Source: Chiloscyllium plagiosum
Taxonomy: Eukaryota
Reading direction: 5' to 3'
Assembly (NCBI RefSeq): GCF_004010195.1
Contig: NW_025215174.1
Span: 1-32,066 of the forward strand
Length of the DNA stretch: 32,066 bases
Positions 10,550-22,170 of this stretch are shown here, one piece after another; the stretch's first letter is position 1; the number at the start of each line of letters is the position of its first letter. The notes under the pieces were generated by a model. That model saw only the letters and a list, made by a program, of their open reading frames with translations, was not told the origin of the DNA and made no database searches. The translations under genes and the position numbers were made by a program.

Positions 10550-10599
10550 CTGAAGAAAGGGCGAGACTCTGAAAGATTATGTTTTCTAATAAACCTGTT
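10550..10599 (+). mobile_element. Penelope-like element terminal relic with hammerhead-like core, running into gap
   Basis: CTGAAGA-A-AGGG-CGAGA-CTCT-GAAA-GATTATGTTTTC-taataaacctgtt; same family as 24547-24676. Confidence 0.5.
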
Positions 10600-11394
10600 N
10601 NNNNNNNNNNNNNNNNNNNNNNNNNNNNNNNNNNNNNNNNNNNNNNNNNNNNNNNNNNNNNNNNNNNNNNNNNNNNNNNNNNNNNNNNNNNNNNNNNNNN
10701 NNNNNNNNNNNNNNNNNNNNNNNNNNNNNNNNNNNNNNNNNNNNNNNNNNNNNNNNNNNNNNNNNNNNNNNNNNNNNNNNNNNNNNNNNNNNNNNNNNNN
10801 NNNNNNNNNNNNNNNNNNNNNNNNNNNNNNNNNNNNNNNNNNNNNNNNNNNNNNNNNNNNNNNNNNNNNNNNNNNNNNNNNNNNNNNNNNNNNNNNNNNN
10901 NNNNNNNNNNNNNNNNNNNNNNNNNNNNNNNNNNNNNNNNNNNNNNNNNNNNNNNNNNNNNNNNNNNNNNNNNNNNNNNNNNNNNNNNNNNNNNNNNNNN
11001 NNNNNNNNNNNNNNNNNNNNNNNNNNNNNNNNNNNNNNNNNNNNNNNNNNNNNNNNNNNNNNNNNNNNNNNNNNNNNNNNNNNNNNNNNNNNNNNNNNNN
11101 NNNNNNNNNNNNNNNNNNNNNNNNNNNNNNNNNNNNNNNNNNNNNNNNNNNNNNNNNNNNNNNNNNNNNNNNNNNNNNNNNNNNNNNNNNNNNNNNNNNN
11201 NNNNNNNNNNNNNNNNNNNNNNNNNNNNNNNNNNNNNNNNNNNNNNNNNNNNNNNNNNNNNNNNNNNNNNNNNNNNNNNNNNNNNNNNNNNNNNNNNNNN
11301 NNNNNNNNNNNNNNNNNNNNNNNNNNNNNNNNNNNNNNTCATTCTCTGAGATGTAGCAATGTAGCATGATGTTGGTCGTGTGGGGAACACAGAA

Positions 11395-12305
11395 GAGCAG
11401 AGAAAACAGAAAATTTACAGCCCAAGAACAGACCCTTTGGACGTCGAAGCCTGAGCTGATCCACTTTCAAAACCTATTACCCAATTCCAAACCATCTGTA
11501 TCCTTCTGCACCCCATCTACTCATGCATCTGTCCAGAGGCACCTTAAATGAATCTACCGTGCTAGCCTCTACTACCTCTGCTGGCAACACTATCCAAGTA
11601 CTTACCACCCTCTGTGTAAAATACTTCCAACGTCGAACTCTCTTAAACTTTTCACCTCTCACCTTGAATGTGTGACATCTCATTATTGAATCCCTCACCT
11701 TGGGAAGAAGCTTATTTCTATCCACCCTGGCTATACCCTTCATGATTTTGTAGATGTCAATCAGGTCCCCCTCAATCTTGTTTTCTTTAATGAAAACAAA
11801 CATTACCTACTCAACCTCTCTTCAGAACTGGCACCTTCCATACCAGGCAACACCCTCATAAACCTTCTCTGCACTCTTTCATAAACGTGCACATCGTTTT
11901 GGTAATTTGGCGACCAGAACAGTACACAACATTCTAAATGCGGTTGAACCAAAATCTTGTACAATTTTAGCATGCAGGCTCTTATGCTCAATGCACCGTC
12001 CAGTGAAGGCCAGCACGTCATATGCCTTCTGGTCCACTCAATCCACCTGTGCAGCTACATTCAGGGTACAAATGATCTGAACTCCCAGATCGTTCTGCTC
12101 ATCAACATTTCCCAAGGCTCTTCCGTTTACAGTAGACTTCGCTCGAGAATTAGACTTGCCAAAATGCATTACCTCACATTTGCCTGGATTCAACTCCATC
12201 TGCCAATTTTCTGCTCAGCTCTGCTGTCTATCTGTATTCTCCTTCATTCTTTGTCAGTCCCCTATGCTTTCTGCTACTCCACCAATCTTCGTGTCATCTG
12301 CAAAT
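11395..12305 (-). mobile_element. CR1/HER1-type LINE 3' ~0.9 kb (ORF2 C-terminus, decayed)
   Basis: ORF-track peptides LKLYKILVQPHLECCVLFWSP...ERVQRRFMRVLPGM and GDLIDIYKIMKGIARVDR...FTQRVVSTWIVLPAEVV. Confidence 0.9.
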
Positions 12306-12329
12306 GTAATGGCTATATTTGGGCCAGCA

Positions 12330-12615
12330 ACCCTTGGAGAATGTAGCATCGCAGCTGGTAGTAATTAGGTTTGATAAATAAAATCTGGCATATAAACCCG
12401 CTCAGAGAAAGAGTGACAAAAAAATTTAATTTGCTGAAAACCCATTCCTTCATTTCCCTTCAAACAGGAAATCTGCCGTCCTTAACAAGACCAGCAAATA
12501 TATGTCTCCAGTTGGTTCACCCATAAATTCCCTCTGACTCAGATCAAGGAGAATTAAGGATGCACAACAAGTGCTGTTCAGACTATGATGGTCACACTCC
12601 GTGGGAGAATAAGGA
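12330..12615 (+). mobile_element. SacSINE1/Deu-type SINE, decayed
   Basis: ggaaatctgccgtccttaacaagaccagc...tgtctccag core and gaattaaggatgcacaacaagtgctg tail. Confidence 0.6.
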
Positions 12616-12649
12616 AGGATAAAAAAGACACATGGATGACGGGGATAAT

Positions 12650-12890
12650 TGGGAGTCGTCTCAGCGTGGACTCAAATTCAACTGCTCATCCAAACCAAAC
12701 AGACACAAGGATACCCACGCCGCAATGAAGTCAGGTCCATGGGGGCGGGGTCTGCAGGAAGGGATTCAATTACCCGCTGAAGTGCAAACTCATTTGCTCA
12801 GTCACAACTTGGACAGGTCATTCACCACTCCCACATGTGAAAGGAATCAGTCAGGAGACCAACCTACAGAGTCACCATCAGGTTTACCAA
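12650..12890 (+). pseudogene. C2H2 zinc-finger array relic
   Basis: Frameshifted GGVCRKGFNYP / EVQTHLLSHNLDRSFTTPTCER, echoing CGKGFNYPSxLETHRRSHTGERPFTC. Confidence 0.6.
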
Positions 12891-12989
12891 TGATAGCAAG
12901 GGTCCGATTCTGCTGTTATTTAGGTGTTCATCCCATCCAAAAATGAACCATGTTTGGATGCATGTTTCCAGTGGAGTACCACTGTTTCC

Positions 12990-13410
12990 TGATGTAGATT
13001 TATAATTCAAATTTAGTTGTCGGAGTCATGGTTTAGAAGTTTACAGAAGATACAACAATTGGTTGTATAGTTGACTATGATGAATAATTTCAGGGACCAC
13101 AGGGATGTAACAATCAGGTAGAAAGGAAAAATGGCGAATATAATTGAATCCAGACTAATAAGTGGTAATGCATTTGGGGAGTTGAAACAATAACAGTGGG
13201 GATTCTGAGTGGTGTACAGGAACAAAGAGATCTTGGACTGGGCATTCACAGATCTCTGAAGTTTGTTGGACAGGGAGATCAGTTGTTTGAGAGGGCTTTT
13301 GGATATTTTCTATTGTTGACCACAGGCTGAGGATGATATTCGATCTTTAGCAAGCGCCAGTTTAGGAAATAACCAAAGGAATGTGTGCAATTCTGGTCAA
13401 TGCAATAGTC
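12990..13410 (+). mobile_element. Decayed CR1 ORF2 fragment
   Basis: tttacagaagatacaacaattggt (cf. FADDTKIG), ggaacaaagagatcttgga (EQRDLG), tgtgtgcaattctggtca (CVQFWS). Confidence 0.65.
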
Positions 13411-13519
13411 AATTCTTTTAAAATTGTATGATACAAAGTGGAGGGCTGAAGTATAACGCTTTGACCATCAAGACCGCTGCATCACTCAATGAATTTACCA
13501 CTGTTTCCTCTCTAATCAT

Positions 13520-13990
13520 GCTGGTATGTGCCTTGGAGGGTAATTTGCAAACGATGACATTTCAGTGCATCTTCAACCTTGTATTATAGTTGGTAAAGTT
13601 TTTGAACATTGAAGGTTCTGTCAACAAAACCTGGATGACGTACTCCAGTGAATCTTTTAGGTGGTGCACTCTGCTGCAAACGTGCCTTAGCAATTAAGGG
13701 AATAAATATTCAGGTATTGAAGAATGTGCAGTTAAGTGACTGCAATGTCGTGGAGGGTGTCCAGTTCCTTCAGTGGTATTGAAGCTGCACCCACCTCGGC
13801 AAATAGAGAGAGTTCTGTTAAAAATCTAATTTGTGCGTCGCGGACGATGTAGGCTTCACGGAGACGAGAATTGAGTTAACAATCAAACAAAGTCGACCAA
13901 CGGACATGCTATTGTAGTCAACTTCTTTATGTGGGCGGTCAGGTTCCATTTCTCCTAAACACGAGCTCCCAGGACGATTACACGGAGGAA
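13520..13990 (-). mobile_element. Decayed CR1/L2-type LINE fragment (family of 6733-7010)
   Basis: ggtggtgcactctgctgc...gtgtccagttccttcagtggtattgaagctgcacccac resembles 8570-8700. Confidence 0.5.
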
Positions 13991-14913
13991 TTCAGTTACA
14001 ATGAAGCCATAGAATGTCAATCGAATATGATTAGATTCTCATTTGTCAGAGTTATCATTGCTGCATTTGGTCCTTCTGTGGATCAATCCAATTCCAATCA
14101 CTTTCTGATTTCAAGTTCTAATTCCCATCCGCGCCTGAAATTTCAACCCGTTTCCTCGCCGAAATTTCTCCACCTGTCTTATAACTTCGTAAGGACTCTG
14201 TAAGGACTAGCAGAGATTTACAAACATGTTGCTAACTCTGTATAAAACGGAGCTTCGTGGAATGATTGGTTAGGCTGGGATTATTCTCCTTGAAACAAAG
14301 GAGGTGGAGAGGAGCTCTATAATCACATAATAACATTTATAAACGGTCAATATTCGTGGGATCTTGACAGGGTATATACGGGCAGGTGGCTTGCCCTATG
14401 CTCTGAGAAGAGCACCAGAGGACATAATCTCAGAATTAGATATTGCCTATTTAATTCAGAAATGATGAGTAATTTCTTTGCTCAGGGGTCAGAGAATCTG
14501 TGTCAGTTTTGTGGCACCCACTGTTGAGACTGCGTTGTTGGGTATTTTCAAACTGTGCCAGATAGTTAATCAGAAAGGTAATGGAACTTTGTCGAGGTAA
14601 GTGAGACAAGCCTCATAAACTCAGGAAGAAGAAATGTGCTGTGCCCTGGGTGCAACAAATGACACTGGGCACAGTACAGTTGGCTGTATACTGAAGATGT
14701 GATTGCTGAAGAAAGTTGGTGGATCTTATACAGTTGGCAAGTCAGTGATCTCGCTGGATGATGGATCGTTGTATGGTTCACACATATCAGAAATTTGTGG
14801 AAGAATGAAAGGTTCGTTTCATTAGAGAAGTTTTCTGCGGTTCCAATTCCGAGTTACTGTTTGAAATACTGATCAGATTATTGTGTGAAGTGTTTGGTTA
14901 AAATACTTATGAA

Positions 14914-15224
14914 CACGGTGGCACAGTGGTTAGCACTGCTGCCTCACAGCGCTGGAGACCCGGGTTCAATTCCCGCCTCAGGTGACTAACTGTGTGGAGT
15001 TTGCATGTTCTCCCCATGTCTGCGTGGGTTTCCTCCGGGTGCTCCGGTTTCCTCCTACATTCACAAAGATGTGCAATTCAGGTGAATTGGCCATGCTAAA
15101 TTGACCGTCGTGTTAGGTAAGGGGTAAATACAGGGGTATGGGTGTGTTGCGCTTCGGCGGGTTGGTGTGGACTCGTTGGGCCGAAGGGCCTCTTTCCACA
15201 CTGTAATCTAATCTAAAAAAAAAA
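14914..15224 (+). mobile_element. HE1 SINE, best-preserved copy
   Basis: cacggtggcacagtggttagcactgctgcctcacagcgctggagacccgggttcaattcccgcctcagg, V-domain, tail ccacactgtaatctaatct + A10; CpGs retained. Confidence 0.95.
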
Positions 15225-15527
15225 CCCACCAGATAAACCTGTGCTCCAGATCTCTTGTTATCTGTTTCTCTTTCTTTCGATGTAACTTCATAGAAATACA
15301 AGATGGAACGTGGGGCGGAAAGAAAAAATGCGTTCTTTCTCATTACACCAATTTAATGTATAATTGAATAGAATGACTGCTCTCGCTCTTCATTTCGACT
15401 TTAATGTGGTGTGTATTGCTCGTCAATCACCCGTGCAGTAAAGGGCAAGAACAAGATTCATGATCCAGTGTATAAACAGAGTGTGAGGTGCAAAGAAAAA
15501 CTGCTGGAGCGGTTTGTGAAGTTAGCA

Positions 15528-15607
15528 ACTAGAGTGTGACTCGGATCCGTGAATGTGGAGAACAACAGTATAATAACCCACCACCATAATCGCTCGGTCT
15601 CCTCAAC
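15528..15607 (-). pseudogene. Highly decayed tRNA-Ser(GCT)-like relic (mirror of 29768-29844)
   Basis: rc gaggagaccgagcgattatggtggtgggtt...cacggatccgagtcacactct; positional homolog in the inverted arm. Confidence 0.4.
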
Positions 15608-16905
15608 AGATTTTGTGGAGAGGTGGCATGTGACCTCATCAGGTTACATGGAGTGAAAGCCATGGATGAGAAGTTTCCAGAAGGGAATCGAATCCCCACC
15701 AATGTGTTTCAGCTTTCACCAGAATTTTAATGACAGCAAATTCCAATAAATAGCCATGCTCGTCAGAATGAATAGCTGTCAGTGATACATTCTGAGTCAG
15801 AACTGTGTCAGAATCAATCAGACAACAAGACATTTACGTCATATTCTCACCTTCATTTGACTCATAATTTCTTCAGTGACTTTCTCTCTCACTTGGAGAA
15901 GCAGCCATGAAGAGGGAAATAAAGGCGATGTTGTGGCTCAACGGCCTGTCTCATATGGCTCAACCTGAATTAGATTAAACCGCAAGAAACGCTGTTTGTT
16001 CGCTTCATTTTAATTTTGCTGCAGCCTGACAATGTTCATTGTAATATCGCAAGTGAATTAGATTTATCTCATTGGAACGATTAATGTTGTATTCAAATTT
16101 GCTCCGACTTTATTTCAGGTTAAGGAGAATACTTCTTAGAAAAGCAGAGGGTTAAAGTCCAGTTTTGTTGCTCGTTACTTTGGCAGATTTCACTGAGTAT
16201 CAAATGGACCAAACATCATGGTGTTTGTCCTCACATCTTTAACGCATATGAATAAAGCACGAAGTCGATCTCCAAGCAACTGGTCACTTCCTATTCGTTA
16301 TGTAATATCTTCCCATCGTATTAGAAAAAATCCTCTCAGTTTCATTTACAATGCTTGAAGTAGAATATTATGCCAAATCTTTCAAAATTTAGAGTTTTAG
16401 AATCGAATCTTATTCAGTTGCATATCTTTACGAAAAGTCTTTACATTTAAAGTCAACCAAATTAGACATTGTTTCCCCGCAACTTCCGAACCGGCTACAC
16501 CCCACCCCTACTCCTTTACCTATTCACACGCTGTCGCTCCCCTTGTGAAATTTATTCCTTGTATGTCACCAAATGTGCCTGTCCAAATATTTTGAAAAAT
16601 AGATTCTAGGAGTGATAGCGATTCTGTTCTCATCATTTCTTTGTCCTTCAAAGGTTTTATTCAAAGGTATTGAATGCCTGACATCTAGATGTTTATTTAC
16701 TTGAAAGAGGAAATTTTCCACCCATTTACTCTGTCCAAACATTTCATAACCGGAAAACCCCCCACTAAGTCTTCCTTGGTTCAGGGATAACTGTTCTCAA
16801 TTTTCCAAGAAGACAAGTGAATAAAATCTCATCCTCAGTACACCTCGCCAGCAGCGTCTCTAATGGCTTTACACCCCAGTAAACACCATCATTATCCTCT
16901 CCGAT

Positions 16906-17200
16906 AGAATCACAGAATCCTACAGTGTAGAAAGCGCGTTGCAGTCAATCGAGCCGGTGTCGACTCTCTGAAGGTCATCTCACCCAGAGCAAGCTCCCCT
17001 CTCTATTCCCGTATATTTCACCTGAGGAAAAGTGAGCCCTCCCCCTTATGATTTCAAATAAGTCTGTTGGGCTATAACCTGTCGTCCTATGACTTCTGAC
17101 CTTGTCCCCGCGTTACCCATGGCTAATTCACCTAACTTAGTTAATTCACTCCCTGGACACGAGAGGGCAATTTAACTTTGCCAATCAACCTAATCCTCCG
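16906..17200 (-). mobile_element. HE1 3' half (minus) interrupted by a plus-strand Penelope-like tail relic (~17018-17105); repeated in all four Asp units
   Basis: atcacagaatcctacagtgtagaaag HE1 tail; cacctgaggaaa...gatttcaaataagtctgttgggctataacctgtcgtcctatgacttctgac insert. Confidence 0.6.
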
Positions 17201-17679
17201 AGCGAACAGCAGTGCGAATTACTGACACAATGTTCCATCATAGTGAGCAATTGCTGTATCATTTTTTAATGGCTTTATACCCTGATAACTCAGCCTCATC
17301 AAAGCAAATCAACCCAAATTCAATGTATCGAAACACTACTCTGTCCATTACAATTTCATTCGTGCTGAGGGAAATGTTTCTGCAATCATATTTGAATGTT
17401 TTTACGCTGTTTCTTCCTCACCGTCCGGCTTCCAGTAAACACTTCAATCCAGTACAAGTCTGTCAAATGCTTTTCATTCCAACACAGATACAATGTACAG
17501 TTTTCTGAAGTCACGTGTTGTACTTTCACTGACACTCTGCCTCCCTGAGACCTGCAGCCCTTCCCCACACTGATTCAGGCAGCACTGTCCTTCCTGTGGC
17601 GTGCACCATCGAGAATGGAAGGACAGGTATCAATGCCCGAACTTGGGAATGGAGTGACAGTTTTAAAACATTTATACTG

Positions 17680-17740
17680 TTCCCAGCGGAGAATTGAGCC
17701 CTGTGACAGGCGGGGACACTAACCATTCTACTACCGAGGA
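17680..17740 (-). pseudogene. tRNA-Asp(GTC) derivative with ~10-nt internal deletion, copy 1
   Basis: rc TCCTCGGTAGTAGAATGGTTAGTGTCCCCGCCTGTCACAGGGCTCAATTCTCCGCTGGGAA versus canonical vertebrate tRNA-Asp TCCTCGTTAGTATAGTGGTGAGTATCCCCGCCTGTCAC... Confidence 0.85.
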
Positions 17741-19314
17741 CAGGAGTGTCAAAGGAGCCCCTTCAGCCAATTGTGGCCACACTTGTCAAAAACAACTGCC
17801 GAATTAACTGAATCGGATTTCTCAATGCTTACCCCACAGCCTTATATGTCTTGGCATCACAAGATCACATATGAATATTTATTCAGGTTATACGGTTTTT
17901 GCCGCTCTGAACAATGCAAACAGTGTATTCTAAATTCCAACCACCCACTGGCTGATAAAGATTTTTGCACATCTTTTCAAACCTTTCTGCCTTTCTCCTT
18001 AAATCTCTGGCCCCTGCTGATCGATCCCTCCATCAATGGGAAACTCGTTCAGTCAAATCTGTCCATACCCTATCTCATTCATGACTTATCTACATTTCCT
18101 TTACAATGCGACAAACAGTCCACTCTGTCCTGTCTTTCATCACAACTGAAACTCTTCGTCCCAAACAACATCNNNNNNNNNNNNNNNNNNNNNNNNNNNN
18201 NNNNNNNNNNNNNNNNNNNNNNNNNNNNCCAAATATTTTGAAAAACAGATTCTCGGAGTGACAGCGATTCTGCTCTCATCATTTCTTTGTCCTTCAAAGG
18301 TTTTTTTCAAAGGCTTTGAATGTCTAGCATCTCGATGTTTACTTACTTGAAAGTGGGAAATTTCCACATATTTACTCTGTCCAAACATTTCATAACCTGA
18401 AAAACCACAATTAAGTCTTTCTTGGTTCAGGGATAACTGTTCTAAATTTTCGAAGACAACAAGTAAATAAAATCTCATCCTCAGTATACCTTGTCAGCAT
18501 CGCTTCTAATGGTTTTACACCCCAGTAAGCACCGTCATTATCCTCTCCGATAGATTCACAGAATCCTACAGTGCAGAAAGAGCCTTTCAGTCAATCGAGC
18601 CGGTGTTGACACACTGACGAGCATCTCACCAAGGCCTATCTCTCCTCCCCATTCCCTTATATTTCACCAGAGGAAGGGGCAACCCTCCCCATTATGATGT
18701 CAAATAAAGCTGTTGGGCTATAATCTTGCGTCCTGTGACTTCTGACATTATCCCCGCGTTACCCATGGCTAATTAACTTAATTTACTTAATTCAATCCGT
18801 GGACACGAGAGGACAATTTAACTTGGCCAATCAACATAACCCTCAGACCGAACAGCAATGCGAATGACTGAGCCAATGTTACATCATAGTGAGCAAAACC
18901 TGAATCATTTATAATGGCTTTATACCCTGGTAACGCAGCCTCATCAATCTAAATTCAATGTATCGAAACGCTACTCTGTGTTTTACCATCTGATTAGTGC
19001 TGCGGGAAATCTTTCTGCACTCATATTTGAATGCCTTTACGCTGTTTCCCCCTCACTTTCCTGCTTCCAAAAAACACTTCAATTCGGAACAAGTCTGCCG
19101 AAAGTCTTTCATTCCAACACAGTAACAAGGTGCACTTTTCAGAAGTCACGTGTTTGCGCTTTCATTGACACACTGCCTCCCTGAGAGCTGCTCTTATTCC
19201 CCACTTGATTCAGGCAGCACTGGCCTTCCTGTGACATGCCCCATCGAGAATGGAAGGGCAAGTATCAATACCCGCACTTGGGAATGGAGCGACTGTTTTA
19301 AAATATTTACATTG

Positions 19315-19375
19315 TCCCCAGTGGAGAATTGAGCCCTGTGACAGGCGGGGACACTAACCACTATACTACCGAGAA
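19315..19375 (-). pseudogene. tRNA-Asp(GTC) derivative with ~10-nt internal deletion, copy 2
   Basis: rc TTCTCGGTAGTATAGTGGTTAGTGTCCCCGCCTGTCACAGGGCTCAATTCTCCACTGGGGA. Confidence 0.85.
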
Positions 19376-19539
19376 CAAAAGTGTCAAAGGAGGCCCTTCA
19401 ACCAATTGTGGCCACACTTGTCAAAAACAACTGCNNNNNNNNNNNNNNNNNNNNNNNNNNNNNNNNNNNNNNNNNNNNNNNNNNNNNNNNNNNNNNNNNN
19501 NNNNTGTGTCACAAAAAGGACAACGGAGAGAACACTTAG

Positions 19540-19609
19540 TGCCGTGATTTGGTTTCAAATCGAGGTTGCTGTGGTCACAATGCAAAATACCGACAACCAC
19601 GATCGCAGT
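19540..19609 (-). pseudogene. tRNA-His(GTG) pseudogene (mirror of 24256-24327)
   Basis: rc actgcgatcgtggttgtcggtattttgcattGTGaccacagcaacctcgatttgaaaccaaatcacggca; TTTTT downstream. Confidence 0.75.
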
Positions 19610-20185
19610 CACCACAGAACAGGATGCTTGCACGCAGCAATAAGTGTACTAGCGGAGGAAATGTTCGTTAAAACAGCAAATGTACAATATCAGTACTCAG
19701 CGAACAATGACAGGCATGTGGGAACTGAGAATGAATTGAATCTTCAAATTCGATGTCTTCAGAGGCTGTGGAGATCCTTGAATGAGAATGTTGAAAACTG
19801 AGATTGATAGATTTCGCCAAAATATCAAAGACTCGGGGGACAGTACAGGATATTGTTGAAATGTATGCTTCAGCAGCATTTTAGCTTAACATCGGCGACT
19901 TCACCAGCTTCCTCAAGGCCATAACCAGTGTTGCAGATAATCACACATAATCCCAGTTCACAGCCTCGGATTCAGAGAAACTGCGGCACAGCCTCCCAGA
20001 TCCAACCGCGAATGGGAATGGGATGAGTGCACGATTTTACTGTCTGGTTCCAGTGATGCAATAGGCGACAGTGCGGTCCTTCTATGATGGTATAGAGGCG
20101 CAAGAAATTCCTCATGCTCCTGATCAAGGGAATAGCTGTCCCCGTTTATACTCTCATAGCGATTTATAGTGCATCTTGCTAAGAC

Positions 20186-20243
20186 AGCTGAGTGGCACAA
20201 TTGGAGCGTGTTGAGCCGTTAACTTCGCATTGGTGGGTTGAAC
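20186..20243 (+). pseudogene. Initiator tRNA-Met-like relic (tRNA-Asn is the alternative), 3' end lost
   Basis: agctgagtggcacaattggagcgtgttgagccgttaac matches AGCAGAGTGGCGCAGCGGAAGCGTGCTGGGCCCATAAC at 28/38 positions without gaps; anticodon position reads GTT; deleted mirror copy at ~23622-23668 (-). Confidence 0.5.
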
Positions 20244-20959
20244 AGATGATTTTGCTGTTTGGATCTGTGTTTCCGACACTGACGGTGGCAGCTGGATTTG
20301 CTTGCATCAGCTCAGAATCAGTTTCTTCCACACAGTCAAGACTTCAACCTGGAGAAGGTGGTGTTGTGTGATATTTTGAACTGGTTGTCCTTGGGGTCTG
20401 GGACACGGAAAAGGTGATGTTAAAGTTCGACGAGTAAAACCTGGAATGCAAGCCTGACCTCAGAAACAGAGATAATAACTTTAATTTCCTACAATCGCAT
20501 TCATTCATGTCCCTTATGCAAAATCTTCCCCAGTCCTGCCTACGAGAGACTCCAGGGCCACAAAAACATGAGCTGACCTTTAATTCAAGAATCCCCATCG
20601 TTTGGGGAAGCAGGGTAGTCGGCCCTTCCAGTCCTGACGGTCCATCCGAAGCGCATCCCACCAGACCCCACGGTATTCCCTATCCCATAAACCTGCATTT
20701 CCCATTGTCTATCCCTGTAACTGGTACATCTTTGGTCAGAGGGAGAAATAAAAACGCAAACACACAGAGAATGTGCAGACTGCCCATTCTGTGCAGACAG
20801 AGACCCGAAGCTGGGATCGCACCCGGGTGTGTGGCGTAGCCAGTCAGCAACGAACAATGGGCGAAGAATAAATGTTCTCCTGACCAGTGATACACACACC
20901 CTGTGGGTGAATGAGGAAGAATGAAAACACATTAACAACATGGAAAACAGGATTTGTAT

Positions 20960-21180
20960 ATGTGTGTACACAATTTGAAAGGATCGTTCACCCTGGGTTG
21001 AAAAAAGGACGCCGATACCACAGAGAAAGCAGGGCAATGTGGGAACTGCAGGAAGAGATTCAATTAACCACAGAAATGGAAACTCATTTAATCAGTAACA
21101 CTGGGGACAAGCCGTTCACCAGCCCCATGTTTGGGAAGGGGTCACTGAGCAAAACAACCTCCGAGACTCCAGCAGGATTA
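20960..21180 (+). pseudogene. C2H2 zinc-finger relic
   Basis: EKAGQCGNCRKRFN*P / EMETHLISNTGDKPFTSPMFGKG (TGEKPF-type linker). Confidence 0.7.
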
Positions 21181-21949
21181 CATTTCCCATCAGGTGTTCG
21201 GTTATGCTGTCAATGCTGCTGTTCATCCCAACCAGCTATTTGTTCCATAGCGTCAATCGTTTCCGACACTGGCGATGGAAGCTGCTTTTGCTTGCATCAG
21301 CTCAGAATCAGTTTCTTCCACACAGTCAAGACTGATACCTGGAGAAGGTAGTGTTGGGGTTTTACTTTGAACTGGTTGTCCTTGGGGGTTGGGACACGGC
21401 AACGGTGATGTTTAAGTTCGACGAATAACACCCCGAATGCAAGCCTGACCTCAGGAACAGAGATAATAACTTTAATTTCCTGCAATCCCATTCATTCATG
21501 TCCCTTATGCAGAATTTTCACCCAGTCCTGCCTACGAGAGACTCCAGGGCCAGAAAAACATGAGCTGAACCTTAATTCAAGAATCTCCATCGTTTGGGGA
21601 AGCTGGGTAGTCGGCCCTTCCAGTCCAGATGGTCCATCCGAATCGCATCCCACCAGGACCCACGGTATTCCCTATCCCATAAACCTGCATTTCCAATTGT
21701 TGATCCTTGTAACTGGCACATCATTGGTCAGAGGGAGAAATAAAAACGCAAACACACAGAGAATGTGCAGACTGCCCACAGACAGAGACCCGAGGCTCGG
21801 ATCGCACCCGGGTGTGTGGCGTAGCCAGGCAGCAACAAACAAGGGGCGAACAATAAATGTTATCCAGACCAGTGATAATCACACCCTGTGGGTGAATGAG
21901 AAAGAATGAAAACACATTCACAACATGGAAAACAGGAATTGTATTTGTG

Positions 21950-22170
21950 TGGCCACAATTTGAAAGGATCGTTCACCCTCGGTAGAAAAAATGACACCAA
22001 TACCACAGAGAAAGCAGGGCAATGTGGGAACTGCAGGAAGAGGTTCAATTAACCACAGAAATGGAAACTCATTTAATCAGTAACACTGGGGACAAGCCCG
22101 TTCACCAGTCCCGTGTGTGGGAAGGGATCACTGAGCAAAACAACCTCCGGAGACTCCAGCAGGATTACAT
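21950..22170 (+). pseudogene. C2H2 zinc-finger relic (tandem copy)
   Basis: CGNCRKRFN* / METHLISNTGDKP / PVCGKG / TEQNNLRRLQQ. Confidence 0.7.

Larger units (their letters stand above)
16584..19434. repeat. Tandem duplication of a ~1.64-kb unit carrying the tRNA-Asp derivative (copies start at 16584 and 18229; junction in gap)
   Basis: ccaaatattttgaaaaa.agattct.ggagtga.agcgattctg at both starts, colinear through to gtggccacacttgtcaaaaacaactgc. Confidence 0.9.
14034..20255 (+). repeat. Left arm of large inverted duplication
   Basis: Colinear reverse-complement anchors: 14034 gattctcatttgtcagagttatcatt = rc of 31183-31208; ~15998 gttcgcttcatttta = rc of ~29356-29370; ~19717 tgtgggaactgagaatg ~ rc of ~24131-24147; ~20168 agtgcatcttgctaagacagctgagtg ~ rc of ~23657-23683. 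Confidence 0.9.

Noticed and set aside
10525..11390. 256-286 aa ORFs
   Set aside because: Almost entirely N gap
13440..13482. Minus-strand gcagcggtcttgatggtcaaagcgttatactt resembling the 5' half of tRNA-Ser(TGA)
   Set aside because: Short, gapped match with no T arm; could be chance
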